A stretch of DNA of 16,006 nucleotides from Candidatus Cloacimonadota bacterium (GCA_029564175.1 JAKQQL010000144.1:1-16006), one strand, 5' to 3'; numbered from the stretch's first letter, positions 1 to 10,004 are shown. A program made the numbers and translations. Notes: generated by a model not told the origin, from the letters alone.

Positions 1-2547
1 GCCCCTGACACCTTGCAGATTAATAAAAGTGTCACCTTTTCCATTGGTATGGAAAACAACAGTGATTCTCTTATTCATCTGAGCGGTGAATTACAGGTAT
101 CTGCTGACTGGCAGAAATACCTTTTCAAACATGATATCAAACTGGAAGCAGGGCAAAAAACGTTTAAACTGAGTACAGTCAGAATACCCATTACTGCCAA
201 ATCAGGCCTTTTTCCGATAATCTACAGAGTATCTGATTTGTCCGGTAAAACTACAGATTCCTTACTACTCAGAGTCAGAATACCGGTTCAGAAAGACTAT
301 GAAATAGAAGCGATGAAGATTCCATCCTATACATTGAGCGGAGACAGTCTCCACTGTGAGTTTTTCATCAAAAATAAGAGTAATATGAGCATTCAGATCA
401 AAAGTTTACCACTAAATCATCAAATGATTAAAAACAACCCTTCTTTTAATGAAACACTCGGCATCAATCAGGAAAAAAAGTTATCCTTCACCCTGTTTAT
501 GAATTCTGATATATACCAGTCCCAAGCACTTTATATCAGCCTTCCGGTACAGATCCTATATGAAAACGGAGATAAGGAAACACATTTCATCAATTTCAGC
601 AGCCAGATAGTTCCCATCATCTACAATCAAAAAGATATATACAATCAGTTGAATCTCTCATTAAGCACTCAAAACCGCTATAACCGCGATGAGTACAATG
701 ACTCTTACTCGCTCAGAGGAGACAGCTGGCTGGATACCGGAAGAAAAAACAGAATCAGTTTTAATTATAGTGCTAACGATATGAAATCCGAGTTATTTAA
801 CAAGGACTCAAGAAGTTCAGTTGTATTTCAAAATCCCCATACCCAGTTTACATACGGAGATACGGGACTAAATCTCATTTCCTCCAAGTTGCCGGGTCAT
901 TACGGCAAAGGCAGCAATTTAAGCATTAACAGCCGCTATCTGTACATGAATCTGGGTTATGTCCAGGATCTGGATACCTATGAAAATCATTATGGAATCT
1001 CTCTTAGTAGCAGACCATGGCGATATACCAGCCATTCTTTTTCTCATACCTTTTCAGAAAATTCAGACTTGTATATCAGTGTCATAGAAAATCAAATCAG
1101 AATCAACCGCTATCTTGATTTTGATACTGAACTTGCACATAGTTACAACACACTTGAGGATAAAAATGTCCTTAGTTATGACGTAAGATGGTCTCCTTCA
1201 TTCAATCGTTTCCAGCTAAATTCACGTTATTTCTTCATGCCAAAGAATTTCTTAAATTCAGGTGCTCAGAAATCAAGTATGAATCATGTGCTTCGTTTTA
1301 ATGCATTATCCCGATCCTTCAATCTCTTCTTCGATCAGGAGAGCTATCAGATTGATCAAAAATTTAGACAGAATGAGCAACGTTATGCACTTAATATCAA
1401 TCTCATTAAAAGCCTGTTTACCCAAATAGATTATAAACATACGAACAATCAATACAGTAACAGTCAAACCAATTCCAGAGAGCTGAGCAATAACTGGACA
1501 TATAACGAATCATTTGGCAAACTCAAGACAGATTATGCAGCAAGCTACAAATATACTCATTCAGACCAGAGTGCTGACCAATTTTCTCAAAGCTATCGGA
1601 GTGCCATATCCTATCCGATCAACCGGATTCATTTGGTATCAGCCTCATTACAGTTTAGCAGTCAGAATTCAACTTACAGTCGGACTTACATAAATTCCAT
1701 CAGTTCAGGAATCGCTATCAACAGCTTATTCGGACAAAAATTCTCAAGTTCATTAAGTATCAGTAATCAGTTCTATCTGCATCAGCATACAGAGTTAAGA
1801 TCGAATATCAGTAACAGCCTTTTATGGCGAATTTCCGATGAGTGGAACATCTCTATAAACTCGGGTTTATCAGCTGATAATCAAAGTATTTACTGGTTTA
1901 CAGGGGCAGGTTTATCCTGCAACCTTTCCATACCTCTTCAGGAACGCAGAGATTTGCTATATCTAAAAGGAAGCCTGTTTGATCAGAATCAAAATGCCAT
2001 TGAACGAAAAATCATCAAACTCAATCAAAATCTGGCGATTACCAATCAAAAGGGAGACTTTATTTTTCCATCTCTTCGCCCTGGTACTTATCAGCTGGAT
2101 ATCCCCGATGAAGGCGATTATGTGTTTTCTCCGGCATTACCCCTTACGATCAACATAAAAGCTGACAGCTTACAGAATATCCGTTTCATCCGCTACCCAT
2201 CCGCATCGATAGAAGGAACCGTTAAACTATATAAACCGGTTAGTAACTGGTATCTGCAAAAAGAGCCAGAATTTGTTGAAGCAGAGGCTTACGCAGGACT
2301 GGTGATTACTGCTATACAGGGGAATCAAATACAAACGACAGTTAGTGATAAACGGGGTCATTTTAAATTTAACCAGCTTACAAGCGGTATATGGCTCTTG
2401 AAAGTAGAACAAAGTACCCTTCCCAAAAACTTCATACCTGAATGGACAGAAACTGCCATTGAACTAAAATCAGCAGAGCACAAAATCATCAGTCTTCAAT
2501 TAAAAGAAAAGCTCAAAAAAGTAATCATCAAAAAAATAGGAGAGTAA
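1..2547 (+). CDS. Large envelope/outer-membrane protein, 5'-truncated: Ig-like N-terminal domains, probable central beta-barrel, two C-terminal carboxypeptidase-regulatory/CnaB-like domains
   Basis: The frame is open from base 1 (GCC CCT GAC ACC TTG), so the TTG at 13 is probably not the start. The central region is Ser/Asn/Tyr/Phe-rich with alternating patterns. The C-terminus has two repeats of a prealbumin-like motif: TNQKGDFIFPSLRPGTYQL and SDKRGHFKFNQLTSGIWLL. Stop TAA at 2545-2547. Confidence 0.6.
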   Translation, partial: APDTLQINKSVTFSIGMENNSDSLIHLSGELQVSADWQKYLFKHDIKLEAGQKTFKLSTVRIPITAKSGLFPIIYRVSDLSGKTTDSLLLRVRIPVQKDYEIEAMKIPSYTLSGDSLHCEFFIKNKSNMSIQIKSLPLNHQMIKNNPSFNETLGINQEKKLSFTLFMNSDIYQSQALYISLPVQILYENGDKETHFINFSSQIVPIIYNQKDIYNQLNLSLSTQNRYNRDEYNDSYSLRGDSWLDTGRKNRISFNYSANDMKSELFNKDSRSSVVFQNPHTQFTYGDTGLNLISSKLPGHYGKGSNLSINSRYLYMNLGYVQDLDTYENHYGISLSSRPWRYTSHSFSHTFSENSDLYISVIENQIRINRYLDFDTELAHSYNTLEDKNVLSYDVRWSPSFNRFQLNSRYFFMPKNFLNSGAQKSSMNHVLRFNALSRSFNLFFDQESYQIDQKFRQNEQRYALNINLIKSLFTQIDYKHTNNQYSNSQTNSRELSNNWTYNESFGKLKTDYAASYKYTHSDQSADQFSQSYRSAISYPINRIHLVSASLQFSSQNSTYSRTYINSISSGIAINSLFGQKFSSSLSISNQFYLHQHTELRSNISNSLLWRISDEWNISINSGLSADNQSIYWFTGAGLSCNLSIPLQERRDLLYLKGSLFDQNQNAIERKIIKLNQNLAITNQKGDFIFPSLRPGTYQLDIPDEGDYVFSPALPLTINIKADSLQNIRFIRYPSASIEGTVKLYKPVSNWYLQKEPEFVEAEAYAGLVITAIQGNQIQTTVSDKRGHFKFNQLTSGIWLLKVEQSTLPKNFIPEWTETAIELKSAEHKIISLQLKEKLKKVIIKKIGE

Positions 2548-2697
2548 TCACTTTATTTGGATTTTCAGATGATACAAAAGCGATGATAAAGTCATATATT
2601 TATGAATTAACGGAGTCTTATCAGCCATTAAATAACAATATATCCTTCGGTAAACTTGCCAGTGCTATTCTTTTCTCACAACCATTCAAAAAAACAA

Positions 2698-2726
2698 TTG
2701 ACGAATTGGTTCAAATAATATATTAT
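2698..2726 (+). promoter_or_regulatory. Sigma70-type promoter for the receiver/HisKA gene
   Basis: TTGACG (2698-2703), 17-nt spacer, TATTAT (2721-2726), followed by SD AAGGAG (2732-2737) and ATG at 2745. Confidence 0.7.
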
Positions 2727-2744
2727 ATTTTAAGGAGTGTGAAA

Positions 2745-3509
2745 ATGAATAGTAATGATCTTGATGAGTTGGTAAAACAGGCAAAGATCCTCGTTGTTGA
2801 TGACATCAGTGAAAACATTCAGCTGATTGGCAATATTCTCTTTTCCAATCAGTATCAGGTGTTAACAGCCAATTCTGGTGAACAGGCATTAAAAATGGTA
2901 AAAGCAAAACATCCCGATATGATTTTACTCGATATTCAAATGCCGGTCATGGATGGTTATGACGTCATAAAAGAACTCAAAAAAGATCCTCTAAGCAGTG
3001 AAATCCCCGTTATCTTCCTAACTGCCCGAATTGAAGCTGACGATATTGTAAAAGGGTTTAACTTAGGCGCAACTGATTATATCAATAAACCCTTTAAACT
3101 AGAAGAACTGCTTGCCCGTATAAAAACCCATTTACTGAATAAATTTGCTCGAGAGATCATTGTTCGTCAAAATCAGGAACTGTCAGAAGTCAATCAAGAT
3201 CTCAGTAATGCGTTGCATACACTTCAAATTCAACAGGAAAAAATGATTGAAATGGAAAGAATAAAGAGTGTACTGGCTATGGCTGTAACCACCAATCATG
3301 AACTCAATCAGCCATTAACCGTTATTCAGGGCAATATTGAGATGCTTAAAATCAGAAACCCTGAGCTTGAAAATGACAAATATTTACAAAAAGTCATCGA
3401 GAGTGTTGATAATATCGTAAAAAAACTCAATAAATTCTCAAATTTTGACCGTATCGTTTATAAACAATATGCCGAGAATGTAGAAATGATACAGTTTGAC
3501 AAACAGTAA
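2745..3509 (+). CDS. Response regulator: receiver + coiled coil + HisKA (DHp) domain, no HATPase domain (254 aa)
   Basis: Start moved from 2583 to ATG 2745 on SD and promoter evidence. Intact receiver motifs ILVVDD, LLDIQMP (D63), IFLTA, YINKPF. H-box AVTTNHELNQPL (H185). The protein ends about 70 aa later with no N, G1, F or G2 boxes. Confidence 0.88.
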   Translation: MNSNDLDELVKQAKILVVDDISENIQLIGNILFSNQYQVLTANSGEQALKMVKAKHPDMILLDIQMPVMDGYDVIKELKKDPLSSEIPVIFLTARIEADDIVKGFNLGATDYINKPFKLEELLARIKTHLLNKFAREIIVRQNQELSEVNQDLSNALHTLQIQQEKMIEMERIKSVLAMAVTTNHELNQPLTVIQGNIEMLKIRNPELENDKYLQKVIESVDNIVKKLNKFSNFDRIVYKQYAENVEMIQFDKQ

Positions 3510-3524
3510 AATAAAGGAGATAAT

Positions 3525-4790
3525 ATGCGAAGGATAAAAACACTCATTTTATTTATAAGCCTTGTGATTCTTTTGAATTCGTGTTCTTTTTCCCAAAATT
3601 CTGATAAGAATATCATAAAAATTGGCGTAATTCTTCCACTTAGCGGTGATAACTATAAAGTATCCAAAGATATTCAACAAGCCCTTGACCTGGCAGTAGA
3701 TATTGTGAATTATAAATACGATTTACCGATGGATTTTGCAGAAACAGAAGGACTTCCAAACTTCAGATTTAAAAAGATTAAACTCATTTACAAAGATTAC
3801 GGTAATAACAGAGAAAAAGTCAGTGATCTGGTAGATCAGCTGGTAAAAGAAGATCAAGTATCTCTTCTGGTTGGTTGTTACTTCAGCAATGCAACAGCAC
3901 TGGCCAGTGAACGGGCAGAGATGTATGACATTCCCTTCTTTACATTTACATCAACCGCACCAATTCTAACCAGAAGAGGATTGCGCCATTTTTACAGGAC
4001 AACACCCGATGATGAAATATTTAGTACGAACTTCTTTGATTTTTTAAATGAACTTGAAAAATCTCACCCCATCCCCAAGCGTATTGTCGTTGTATATGAA
4101 AATTCTATATGGGGAACTAACGTTGCACAAGCAGAAATGCGAATTGCTTTAAGAAATAATTACAAAATTGTAGATGAAATCAGCTATGATTTTACAAAAC
4201 TCTATACAGAAAACCACATGAAACGGATTCAGGATGCAATGCCTGCTATCATCATGCATGCCTCTTATGATCAGGATGCCATCCAATGGATGAAAGCCTA
4301 TAAAAAATATAACATAAATCCTTATGCTATTCTGGCAATGAATGCAGGATTTTCCAGTCCCTCTTTTGTTGATTCATTAGGCACAGACAGTAATTTTATT
4401 TTCAGCAGAGAAACCTGGGCAAAAGACATTAACCAAAGCAATATGCTCAGTAAACGAATCAATGATCTTTATCGGGTCAGGTATCAACAGGATATGACAG
4501 GCAATTCTGCCAGAGCATTTACAGGTATCTTTATTCTTGCTTCTATTTTAAATCATTCTCAATCCATTTCCCCTTATGACATTAAGAAAAGTACCATGTC
4601 TGTTAAGATACCCAAAGAGCAGTTAATCATGCCCTGGGAGGGTATTCAGTTTGACCGTAACGGACAAAACATTCTGGGAAAAGGAATTATTGTTCAGATT
4701 CAAAATGAAAAGCCTTATGTTGTCTGGCCAAAAGAAATGGCAAAGACTGAAATGATTCTGCCCTTCCCTGACTGGTCTAAAAGAAGATAG
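3525..4790 (+). CDS. LivK/LivJ-like (periplasmic binding protein type 1) substrate-binding lipoprotein
   Basis: SD AAAGGAG. Signal peptide with lipobox LNS-C20. Family motifs IKIGVILPLSG, LVGCYFS, FYRTTPDD, YENSIWG and GIQFDRNGQN...VQIQN...VWP. Confidence 0.88.
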   Translation: MRRIKTLILFISLVILLNSCSFSQNSDKNIIKIGVILPLSGDNYKVSKDIQQALDLAVDIVNYKYDLPMDFAETEGLPNFRFKKIKLIYKDYGNNREKVSDLVDQLVKEDQVSLLVGCYFSNATALASERAEMYDIPFFTFTSTAPILTRRGLRHFYRTTPDDEIFSTNFFDFLNELEKSHPIPKRIVVVYENSIWGTNVAQAEMRIALRNNYKIVDEISYDFTKLYTENHMKRIQDAMPAIIMHASYDQDAIQWMKAYKKYNINPYAILAMNAGFSSPSFVDSLGTDSNFIFSRETWAKDINQSNMLSKRINDLYRVRYQQDMTGNSARAFTGIFILASILNHSQSISPYDIKKSTMSVKIPKEQLIMPWEGIQFDRNGQNILGKGIIVQIQNEKPYVVWPKEMAKTEMILPFPDWSKRR

Positions 4791-4798
4791 CAAATTCA

Positions 4799-4826
4799 TT
4801 GATTAAATCAATCAAAGCAGTATATT
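4799..4826 (+). promoter_or_regulatory. Possible internal promoter for the sensor kinase, overlapping a 13-bp palindrome
   Basis: TTGATT (4799-4804), 16-nt spacer, TATATT (4821-4826). TTGATT-A-AATCAA at 4799-4811 is a perfect inverted repeat. Confidence 0.4.
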
Positions 4827-4855
4827 CAAAAAACACAAGCATTCAATAAAAACAA

Positions 4856-7480
4856 ATGAACCGTTTGAAATTTATCAGAAAATTTACCCAACAACAGGGT
4901 ATCAGTGAGAAAATCACAAAATTACTCTATACAGTGAGTTTAGTACCCATTTTAATATTATCGTTTGTTTTACTCATTTTCTTCTATAACATCAAAATCT
5001 ATCACATGACGAAAGCACATCAAGAAATCAATAGTCACGTTAGAAACGAATTTACCAGACAAATTGAAAACAGTTTAAAAGAATTAAGAATCTTTTCAGA
5101 AAATAATCATAATCAGTTTTCAAATGAAAGTGAAATCAAGCTTCAGTTGCTTCAAATTCTGAAATATTCAAAACAGTTTGAGGAAATTAGTTACTACAAA
5201 CCCTCCGGAGAACATCTTTACACTTACAATAATAAAGAAACAAAATCCAATATCTATCAGCCTAAACTGCCACTAAAGATAGTCGATGAGTTACAGGCAT
5301 TCAATTATGCGATTTCCAATGACAAAAATCATCTTTATAAAATCCTGATTTTCAGTAGCATTGAAGATGAAAATGGAGTAATCACCGGCATTTTGAAAGC
5401 ACAAATTGACATTAACCAGTTCATGCAATTCACAAAATTGGTCTCCGATCAAACAAATATTCAGATTTATATAATCAATGATGATTTTAAAATCATCTCC
5501 GATCAGGAAATGAAATTTGATTCCTCTACTAAACATTTAAAATCTATGAAAACGATTCAAAACTTTAATAATTTCCATTTTGGATTAAGTTTCGGAAAAG
5601 GCATTTCCAGCCAATTCGCCTTAAGTCTTACAAAACCACTTGATTATCTGAACTGGGCAATCGTAACCGAAACGATATTTATATCTATTTTTTCAGAGTT
5701 ATGGACTTTGCTTTTATGTATTTCATTATCTGTAATACTCACCATGTTATATTCCTTGTTTTGGGGAGTTCGATTTAGTCAAAAGCATATTGTCAACCCG
5801 CTGATTATGCTGAAAGATGCAGTAGTAAATGTCAGCAACCGTAAATTAGACCAGTTTATTGACATAAAAGACAACACAGAGATTGGCGAGTTAGCAGCCT
5901 CATTTAATCATATGCAAAAAATGTTACAATCATACTCTTTATTCATTTCAGAAACAGAAGAAAAATATAAAGCGATCTTTAACCAGACCTATCAAATGAG
6001 TGCGATTGTCTCTTTTGATGGTAAAATACTGGAAGTCAATCAAGCAATACTGGATAGATTTCAAATCACTGAAAATGAAGCGCTTGGATATTACGTATGG
6101 GATTTGTTTAAACACAATACTGACCTTTATTTTCAAAAACTCTTCATTGAAGGCATTCAAAATGCGATTATGAGTGGCTTTTTCATAAAAGAACATTTGT
6201 TCAAATATAATGAAGAGCAAATCTATGCAGAAATCAGTTTTAAGCCAATATTAAACAGCCAAAATCAGGCAGATTCCATATTAATTGAAGGTCATGATAT
6301 CACAGAAAGAAGACAATACGAAGAAGAACTGATTGAAGCAAAAAGGAATCTGGAACATAAAGTTGATGAAAGAACTCAGGAACTGATCCAAAAAAATCTG
6401 GAATTGCAGGAAGCGAAAGAAAAAGCAGAACAGGCTAATAGAAGTAAATCTGAATTTCTGGCAAGTATCAGTCATGAAATCAGAACACCACTCAATGCCA
6501 TTAACGGTTTTTCCAGTTTACTGGCAACTAATCCGGCTGATCCGAAATCAGATCAATACCTCAAAGGAATCAGTAATGCTTCTCAAAACCTGCTACGACT
6601 GATCAATGATATACTGGATTTGTCAAAAATTGAAGCCAGTAAACTAAACATTGAGTATATCTCAATTACTTTCAGCAAACTAAAGGAAGAGCTGGAACAA
6701 ATCTTTATGTTATCAATTCAGGAAAAACCAATAGAATTTCATATCGAAATTGACGCATCATTACCTTCTACGATTCTGTTTGATGAAATCAGACTCAGAC
6801 AAATCCTGGTTAATCTGATCGGTAATTCTTTCAAATTTACCGAATCCGGATTTATAAAAGTCTTGTTTATAAAAGAAGAATGTGACACTGAATCATGTAT
6901 AAACCTTTGTATCAAAGTACAGGACAGTGGTATAGGTATCGCAAAAGATCAGATAGAATCGATCTTTGAACCATTCAAGCAACAGGATGGACAGAGCACT
7001 AAAAAATATGGGGGTACCGGTCTGGGTCTGACGATTTGTAAACGCCTTACAGAAATGATGAACGGAAAAATGGGTATTGAAAGTACCCCTGGTAAGGGGA
7101 CAACAGTTGTCATCAAGTTTCATCAGGTCATGATTCAAACATCTGCCCCATTATCAACTCATATTTCCGATGATACGTCAAGTAACATGAATTCTCCCAT
7201 CAAATCTGATTATGATTTGACTATACCACTGAAAGATCTTACCTATTTTCTTGATTTGTGGGAAAAAACGAATGAGCTAATGGCAAATGACGATATTCTT
7301 GCTTTTTCTGATAAACTGTTTGAATATGGTCAGTTACATCATCATGAAGATATCATTAACTATGCCGTAAAACTAAAAAATGCAACCTTGTCATTTGATA
7401 TTTTAGAGATGAACAGAATTTTTTCTTTGTTTAAAAACGTTGCGATGGAAAATTTAAATCTGACTCCTTCAGCAGAATAA
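4856..7480 (+). CDS. Membrane sensor histidine kinase: TM, Cache-like periplasmic domain, TM, HAMP, PAS, HisKA, HATPase, C-terminal helical domain; no receiver
   Basis: Two hydrophobic segments flank a ~240-aa extracytoplasmic region. HAMP (NPLIMLK...[13 protein letters not shown]), PAS ([10 protein letters not shown]...DITERR), H-box [15 protein letters not shown]-box [18 protein letters not shown]1 DSGIGI, G2 GGTGLGL. No clear SD before the ATG. Confidence 0.92.
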   Translation: MNRLKFIRKFTQQQGISEKITKLLYTVSLVPILILSFVLLIFFYNIKIYHMTKAHQEINSHVRNEFTRQIENSLKELRIFSENNHNQFSNESEIKLQLLQILKYSKQFEEISYYKPSGEHLYTYNNKETKSNIYQPKLPLKIVDELQAFNYAISNDKNHLYKILIFSSIEDENGVITGILKAQIDINQFMQFTKLVSDQTNIQIYIINDDFKIISDQEMKFDSSTKHLKSMKTIQNFNNFHFGLSFGKGISSQFALSLTKPLDYLNWAIVTETIFISIFSELWTLLLCISLSVILTMLYSLFWGVRFSQKHIVNPLIMLKDAVVNVSNRKLDQFIDIKDNTEIGELAASFNHMQKMLQSYSLFISETEEKYKAIFNQTYQMSAIVSFDGKILEVNQAILDRFQITENEALGYYVWDLFKHNTDLYFQKLFIEGIQNAIMSGFFIKEHLFKYNEEQIYAEISFKPILNSQNQADSILIEGHDITERRQYEEELIEAKRNLEHKVDERTQELIQKNLELQEAKEKAEQANRSKSEFLASISHEIRTPLNAINGFSSLLATNPADPKSDQYLKGISNASQNLLRLINDILDLSKIEASKLNIEYISITFSKLKEELEQIFMLSIQEKPIEFHIEIDASLPSTILFDEIRLRQILVNLIGNSFKFTESGFIKVLFIKEECDTESCINLCIKVQDSGIGIAKDQIESIFEPFKQQDGQSTKKYGGTGLGLTICKRLTEMMNGKMGIESTPGKGTTVVIKFHQVMIQTSAPLSTHISDDTSSNMNSPIKSDYDLTIPLKDLTYFLDLWEKTNELMANDDILAFSDKLFEYGQLHHHEDIINYAVKLKNATLSFDILEMNRIFSLFKNVAMENLNLTPSAE

Positions 7481-7502
7481 ACATATAAAGCACTTAATAT
7501 CA

Positions 7503-7530
7503 AAGAGCGAAGCTCAAAGTCTTCGCTCTT
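7503..7530. terminator. Intrinsic terminator hairpin between convergent genes, possibly bidirectional
   Basis: Perfect 10-bp stem AAGAGCGAAG (7503-7512) / CTTCGCTCTT (7521-7530) with an 8-nt loop, followed by ATTTTAT on the + strand. It lies between the kinase stop (7480) and the purL stop (7623). Confidence 0.75.
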
Positions 7531-7542
7531 ATTTTATAATTT

Positions 7543-7595
7543 GTTCTTCAAGCAACCTGCTTGCAATAAGTCGTACTGCATGCATCCTGCTTGCA
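7543..7595. repeat. Two tandem palindromic REP-like units, 30-bp period
   Basis: GTTCTTCAAGCAACCTGCTTGCA (7543-7565) and GTACTGCATGCATCCTGCTTGCA (7573-7595) match at 19/23. Each can fold (CAAGCA-ACC-TGCTTG; CTGCAtGCA-TCC-TGCTTGCAG). Confidence 0.6.
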
Positions 7596-7622
7596 GAATA
7601 AAAATTGTATTAGCAGGAGTCT

Positions 7623-9833
7623 TTATAATTCTAAGCCACAAAAATACGCCTTAGCGCAATCTTGTGTGTTCAGCTGAATCAAATCATTCATTTCAATTTT
7701 TTCTGCCTTTACTACCCCTAATTTCAAGAATTTCTGGTTATTCTCAGAGCATATGGTTTCAAATCTATCTTTATTTTCAGATTTAACGCTCACAACGATT
7801 CTACTATGGGATTCACCAAAAAGTTCAATATCTTTTCGATACTCAAGCGGTAAACTAACTGAACATCCGGTATTTTTACCTGAAGGGTTAAAACAGGATT
7901 CCATAATCGCAATAGCCAGCCCACCATCAGAGCAATCATGAGCAGATTGTAAGAGAGATTCACTGATCAATTTCAGAGTAGTCTGATATAAAAGCGCTTC
8001 CTTATCCAGATCCAGAATTGGTGCATCCCCCTTAATCATACCATGTATCTCTTTCAGATACTGAGAACCACCCACTTCATGACAATGGTCACCCAGTAAA
8101 TAGATCAGATCTCCCTCATTTTTGAAATGAGATGTTACGATTTTTTGATTATCATCAACCAAACCCAACATACCAATTGTAGGAGTAGGATAAATTGCCC
8201 CTGAAGGATTTTCATTATAAAAAGAGACATTTCCACCGGTAACAGGCGTTTCAAACTTACGGCAGGCATCAGCCATGCCTCTGATTGCTTCCACAAATGT
8301 CCAATAAACTTCTGGTTTGTATGGATTTCCAAAATTCAGACAGTTGGTAATAGCAACCGGTTTTGCACCAGTACAAACAACATTTCGGGCAGATTCTGCC
8401 ACAGCTGCTTTTGTACCTTCGTAAGGATTCAGATAGCAAAGTCTAGCATTACAGTCAGTTGCAACAGCAATCGCTTTATTGGTATCTTTTATTCTGATGA
8501 CAGCGGCATCGCCACCTGGTTCGATCATCGTGTTGATCTGTACCATGTGATCATATTGCTGATATATTTTTTTCTTGGAAGCGATGTTTGGACAGGAAGC
8601 CAGTTTTAACAGTACTTCATTGAAGTTTTCCGGCTCTTTGAGTTCATTGATATCGAGCTGATGAATTGCATCTATATAGTCCGGTTTTTGATATTCGCGT
8701 GAATAAACAGGTGCATCTCCACCCAGCACCAGCATTTGAGAAGGTAATTCCGCTTTCAGTTCGCCATTTTGTTTAATTCTGAGCAAACCATCTTCAGTCA
8801 CAAGACCGATTTTTTCTGCATGGAGGTCCCATTTTTCAAACACAGCTCTGACTTCATCATAATTATGAGGTTCAACAATCATCAGCATACGTTCCTGTGA
8901 TTCAGAAAGCATAATTTCATAAGCGGTCATGCCGGTTTCCCGTTGTGGAACCAGACTCACATCCAGCTCAATCCCGGTTTCTGCTTTAGCAGACATTTCA
9001 CTGCTGGAACAGGTAAGTCCTGCTGCACCCATATCCTGAATACCAACGACCAGTTTCTTCTGAATGACTTCCAGAGTAGCTTCCAGAAGGAGTTTCTCCA
9101 TAAAAGGATCACCCACCTGAACAGCTGTTCTTTTTTCTTCAGATTCCTGAGTCAGATCTGTACTGGCAAATGTAGCGCCATGAATACCATCACGACCCGT
9201 TTTGGCACCAACATAAACCACAAAATTACCGGGTCCTTTTGCAGCAGCAGACATCAGATTGTTATGTTCCAAAATGCCTACTGCCATTGCATTTACCAAT
9301 GGATTTCCGCTGTATGCATCTTCAAAGTAAACTTCTCCGCCAACCGTTGGTACACCAAAGCAGTTACCATAATCAGCAATTCCTTCAACGACACCTTTGA
9401 TGAGATGTTTTACCTGAGGATCTTCTGGATTGCCAAATCTCAGTGAATTCAATGCACAAACTGGACGCGCACCCATGGTAAAAATGTCTCTGAGAATCCC
9501 TCCAACCCCGGTTGCAGCACCGTGATACGGTTCAACCGCAGAAGGATGATTGTGAGATTCAATTTTGAAAGATACAGCGAGATTATCACCAATATCAACC
9601 ACCCCAGCGTTTTCTTCCCCTGCTTTGGAAAGCATGAAAGGACCATCCTTGGGAAGTGTTTTCAGATATTTAATGGAATTTTTATAACTTGCGTGTTCTG
9701 ACCACATTACAGAAATAATGCCCAGTTCGGTAAAACTCGGAGATCTGCCAATTGTCTTCAGAACAAGATTGTATTCTTCTTCTGTCAGACCATGCTCTAA
9801 AGCTAATTTTAAATCAACTACAGGCTCTTGCAT
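7623..9833 (-). CDS. purL: Phosphoribosylformylglycinamidine synthase subunit PurL (small type, needs PurQ/PurS)
   Basis: Motifs [78 protein letters not shown] and HDCSDGG. 736 aa with no fused glutaminase domain. SD AAGGA upstream on the minus strand. Confidence 0.98.
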   Translation of the reverse strand: MQEPVVDLKLALEHGLTEEEYNLVLKTIGRSPSFTELGIISVMWSEHASYKNSIKYLKTLPKDGPFMLSKAGEENAGVVDIGDNLAVSFKIESHNHPSAVEPYHGAATGVGGILRDIFTMGARPVCALNSLRFGNPEDPQVKHLIKGVVEGIADYGNCFGVPTVGGEVYFEDAYSGNPLVNAMAVGILEHNNLMSAAAKGPGNFVVYVGAKTGRDGIHGATFASTDLTQESEEKRTAVQVGDPFMEKLLLEATLEVIQKKLVVGIQDMGAAGLTCSSSEMSAKAETGIELDVSLVPQRETGMTAYEIMLSESQERMLMIVEPHNYDEVRAVFEKWDLHAEKIGLVTEDGLLRIKQNGELKAELPSQMLVLGGDAPVYSREYQKPDYIDAIHQLDINELKEPENFNEVLLKLASCPNIASKKKIYQQYDHMVQINTMIEPGGDAAVIRIKDTNKAIAVATDCNARLCYLNPYEGTKAAVAESARNVVCTGAKPVAITNCLNFGNPYKPEVYWTFVEAIRGMADACRKFETPVTGGNVSFYNENPSGAIYPTPTIGMLGLVDDNQKIVTSHFKNEGDLIYLLGDHCHEVGGSQYLKEIHGMIKGDAPILDLDKEALLYQTTLKLISESLLQSAHDCSDGGLAIAIMESCFNPSGKNTGCSVSLPLEYRKDIELFGESHSRIVVSVKSENKDRFETICSENNQKFLKLGVVKAEKIEMNDLIQLNTQDCAKAYFCGLEL

Positions 9834-9936
9834 AGTAAATCCTTATCTATTTTGTTTTTAAAACCTAATGAAATAATTATGGTTTTTCGTCAATCTTTTA
9901 ATTTTTTGATTTTTTGAAATAAATACAATAAATTCA

Positions 9937-9965
9937 TTGACTTAATAAAAAAAATAAAGTATATT
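9937..9965 (+). promoter_or_regulatory. Sigma70-type promoter for the BMP/hybrid kinase operon
   Basis: TTGACT (9937-9942), 17-nt spacer, TATATT (9960-9965), with an AT-rich upstream region. Confidence 0.65.
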
Positions 9966-10004
9966 CAGACTACATAAGTGAAAATTGAGTTCATGGAGGG
10001 GAAA

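Noticed and set aside
2583..2744. 54-aa N-terminal extension of the response regulator in the ORF track
   Set aside because: No SD at 2583. The stretch contains a good promoter and SD for ATG 2745.
4799..4815. FNR box
   Set aside because: TTGAT and ATCAA half-sites are separated by 3 or 7 nt, not the required 4.
7529..7585. Tiny minus-strand ORFs after purL (MHAVRLIASRLLEEQIIK; MQYDLLQAGCLKNKL)
   Set aside because: No properly spaced SD. The sequence is better explained by the palindromic repeats.
7543..7595. Mini CRISPR array
   Set aside because: Only two imperfect units separated by 7 nt, far too short for a spacer, and no cas genes in the window.
9862..9893. purL promoter using TTGACG on the minus strand
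   Set aside because: No acceptable -10 at 16-18 nt. The nearest downstream TAnnnT (TAGGTT) is 20 nt away.
9947..9954. A8 run in the promoter spacer as a phase-variation switch
   Set aside because: Runs of this length are expected in such AT-rich intergenic DNA, and there is no evidence of length variation.
9978..10004. GTG start for the BMP gene
   Set aside because: The strong SD GGAGG lies inside this stretch and points to ATG 10005.
9834..10004. Purine or ZTP riboswitch upstream of purL
   Set aside because: Very AT-rich, with no recognisable aptamer motifs or stable stems by eye. An Rfam scan would settle it.
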